A stretch of DNA of 64,000 bases from Tubiluchus corallicola (Eukaryota; Animalia; Priapulida): assembly GCA_030141605.1 (NCBI GenBank), contig JAQGDQ010000931.1:1-64000 (forward strand). The letters are read 5' to 3'. A program made the position numbers and the translations under genes. Below, piece by piece: positions 62,282 through 64,000 of the stretch. Numbering within the stretch: the first letter of the stretch is position 1; each line of letters starts with the position of its first letter. The notes below the pieces were generated by a model. That model did no database searches. It was not told where the DNA came from and saw only the letters and a list, made by a program, of their open reading frames with translations.

Positions 62282-64000
62282 TAATTATTTAGGTGGAAAT
62301 TTATTAATACAAAAGTCAAAAGCAGCTTAAGAATTAAAAAAGTAGCGCATCCCAAAAAATTATATACTATCACATTATCCGACTGTTCAACATGTGACTG
62401 ACCGATCGTGGCGCCACAACAATACGCAGCGGTAAAGACCGGAACACAATCCTGTTCACCTGTTGACCACCCTAAACTTGAATTTATTTGGCTAATTATT
62501 TTTAAAAAATGATATGTTAAAATTATTTTGCAAGGAAATGAAAAATATCTGACTTCTAAAAATTCAATGCTTTCAATTTCAATATTGCTCATTTAATTGC
62601 AATGAACTTGGTAAACTTATGATTCAAAAAGGCCTAATAACATAGTGATTTTACATAACTGTAACATTAGCAATATGTTTGCAAGTTATACCTCACAGTG
62701 TTTCAACCCAGTTTTCTTTTGGTGTTAACAAAATTAAAGCAAATTCAGAATGGGCACTGACTGCTCGATCAGTAATAACTTGATCCAACTTGAGTAACTA
62801 TTATTATGTCAAGTAACATAAACAATTGTCAAGACGTTTACCGTGTTAGACTAGCCATTGTTCATGCCTATCGCTGTTTTATCGATACCAGTTTAAATAG
62901 TTGGTAAAGCATTTTCAAATAGAAATTTATCAATGTTGGGAACCTCGGAAATAAACAAAAGCTAGGAAACAAGTAACTCCAGTTCTCACAGAAAATTATC
63001 ATAATACTATTTACTGGACTATTAAAAAGATAGAAACAAATCATGGCAGTCTAAATTAAAATACATGACACTTTTAAATTTTTTCTTATGTCTACAATTA
63101 TTGTCTGCCAAGGCACTAACTTGATGGTAATGACAGGCAATATAGATGGACCTTTAAATGAGAAAACATTTTGCTAGAAACAAAACGTGCAAACCAAAAA
63201 TTAAGAAATCCACCTACTCCTTTCTAATTAAATTCTAATTCATCACTATTAAGAATTTTTTCCATGTCTGTAGTAAATGACAAGGGCTTCGAGAGTGGGA
63301 GACTGTGGAGCAGCCCAAAACAAAATTAAAAACTTTAAATACAGCTATATAAGCCACATCCCATTACATTCACTGCAGTCAGCTACGAGGCTATTATGAA
63401 ATCAAATGAAATGAGGACAAAATTGTTTGCACAGCTTTCTACATAATAGATAAAGTTGCATTACCACTATTTGCAAGTTCTTCTCATATTTTAACTTGGG
63501 ATGTTCTTAAACATGTTTATAAATCCAGTTTTTCGTTTCCAGGCCGCTTTATCTGTGGAACTTTTTACCAGAAAATTCTCCTGAATAACTACAATATTCC
63601 CTCTTTCAAAAAATAACCTTTATCACAAGCAAATCAGTTTACAAGAATTCAGTTTGAATCTATTATTCTGGACGCGCATTCAAATTTTGCATTTTTGACT
63701 GTAACTCCTTACGTTTGTGGCCGCTGGCCTTACAAAGAAAAATTACATGATCTAATGTAAAGCAACTACTTCTCAAAACAAAATGTGCTTATGCCCTTGG
63801 ATTACGTGATTTTACTTTATATTTTTTACATTTCTGAGTAAGGATTCTCAAGATGCAGAAATGTGCAGGTAGTAATTTTTAGCACAACCACATCATTATC
63901 TACACGGTAAGGCTAGAGTTACTTCTCAACTGAAAGAATGACAGTAGATTTAATAACTTTGCTTGATGATACAAGAATGCCTTGTTGTGTAATATAACTT

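Overview
AT-rich, intron- and repeat-rich genomic DNA from a bilaterian invertebrate; no prokaryotic operons, rRNA or CRISPR. The left part holds six spliced exons of syntaxin-5 (minus strand, with long- and short-isoform starts) head-to-head with the first two coding exons of methionine synthase (MTR, plus strand). The right part holds the first seven coding exons of MROH1 (minus). Its 12.7-kb fifth intron carries two nested genes: a complete two-exon ebony-like NRPS (882 aa, antisense to the host) and an intronless EGF + trypsin-fold protease. MROH1 exon 7 ends in a 39-bp minisatellite that reiterates the splice donor in frame. The middle (about 28.3-44.0 kb) is a mosaic of orphan fragments (NDST, TRPA1 last exon, pentraxin-like last exon, BEL and Gmr1-type retroelements), three fold-back inverted duplications and an Oxford Nanopore adapter remnant at 42249-42276, so it is very probably chimeric assembly. 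Also present: hAT- and piggyBac-type MITEs with TSDs, a solo LTR, an RTE-derived element with a twister-ribozyme remnant, SINEs, mini/microsatellites and clustered CTCF-like motifs. All gene calls come from manual translation and remembered homologue motifs, not database searches.
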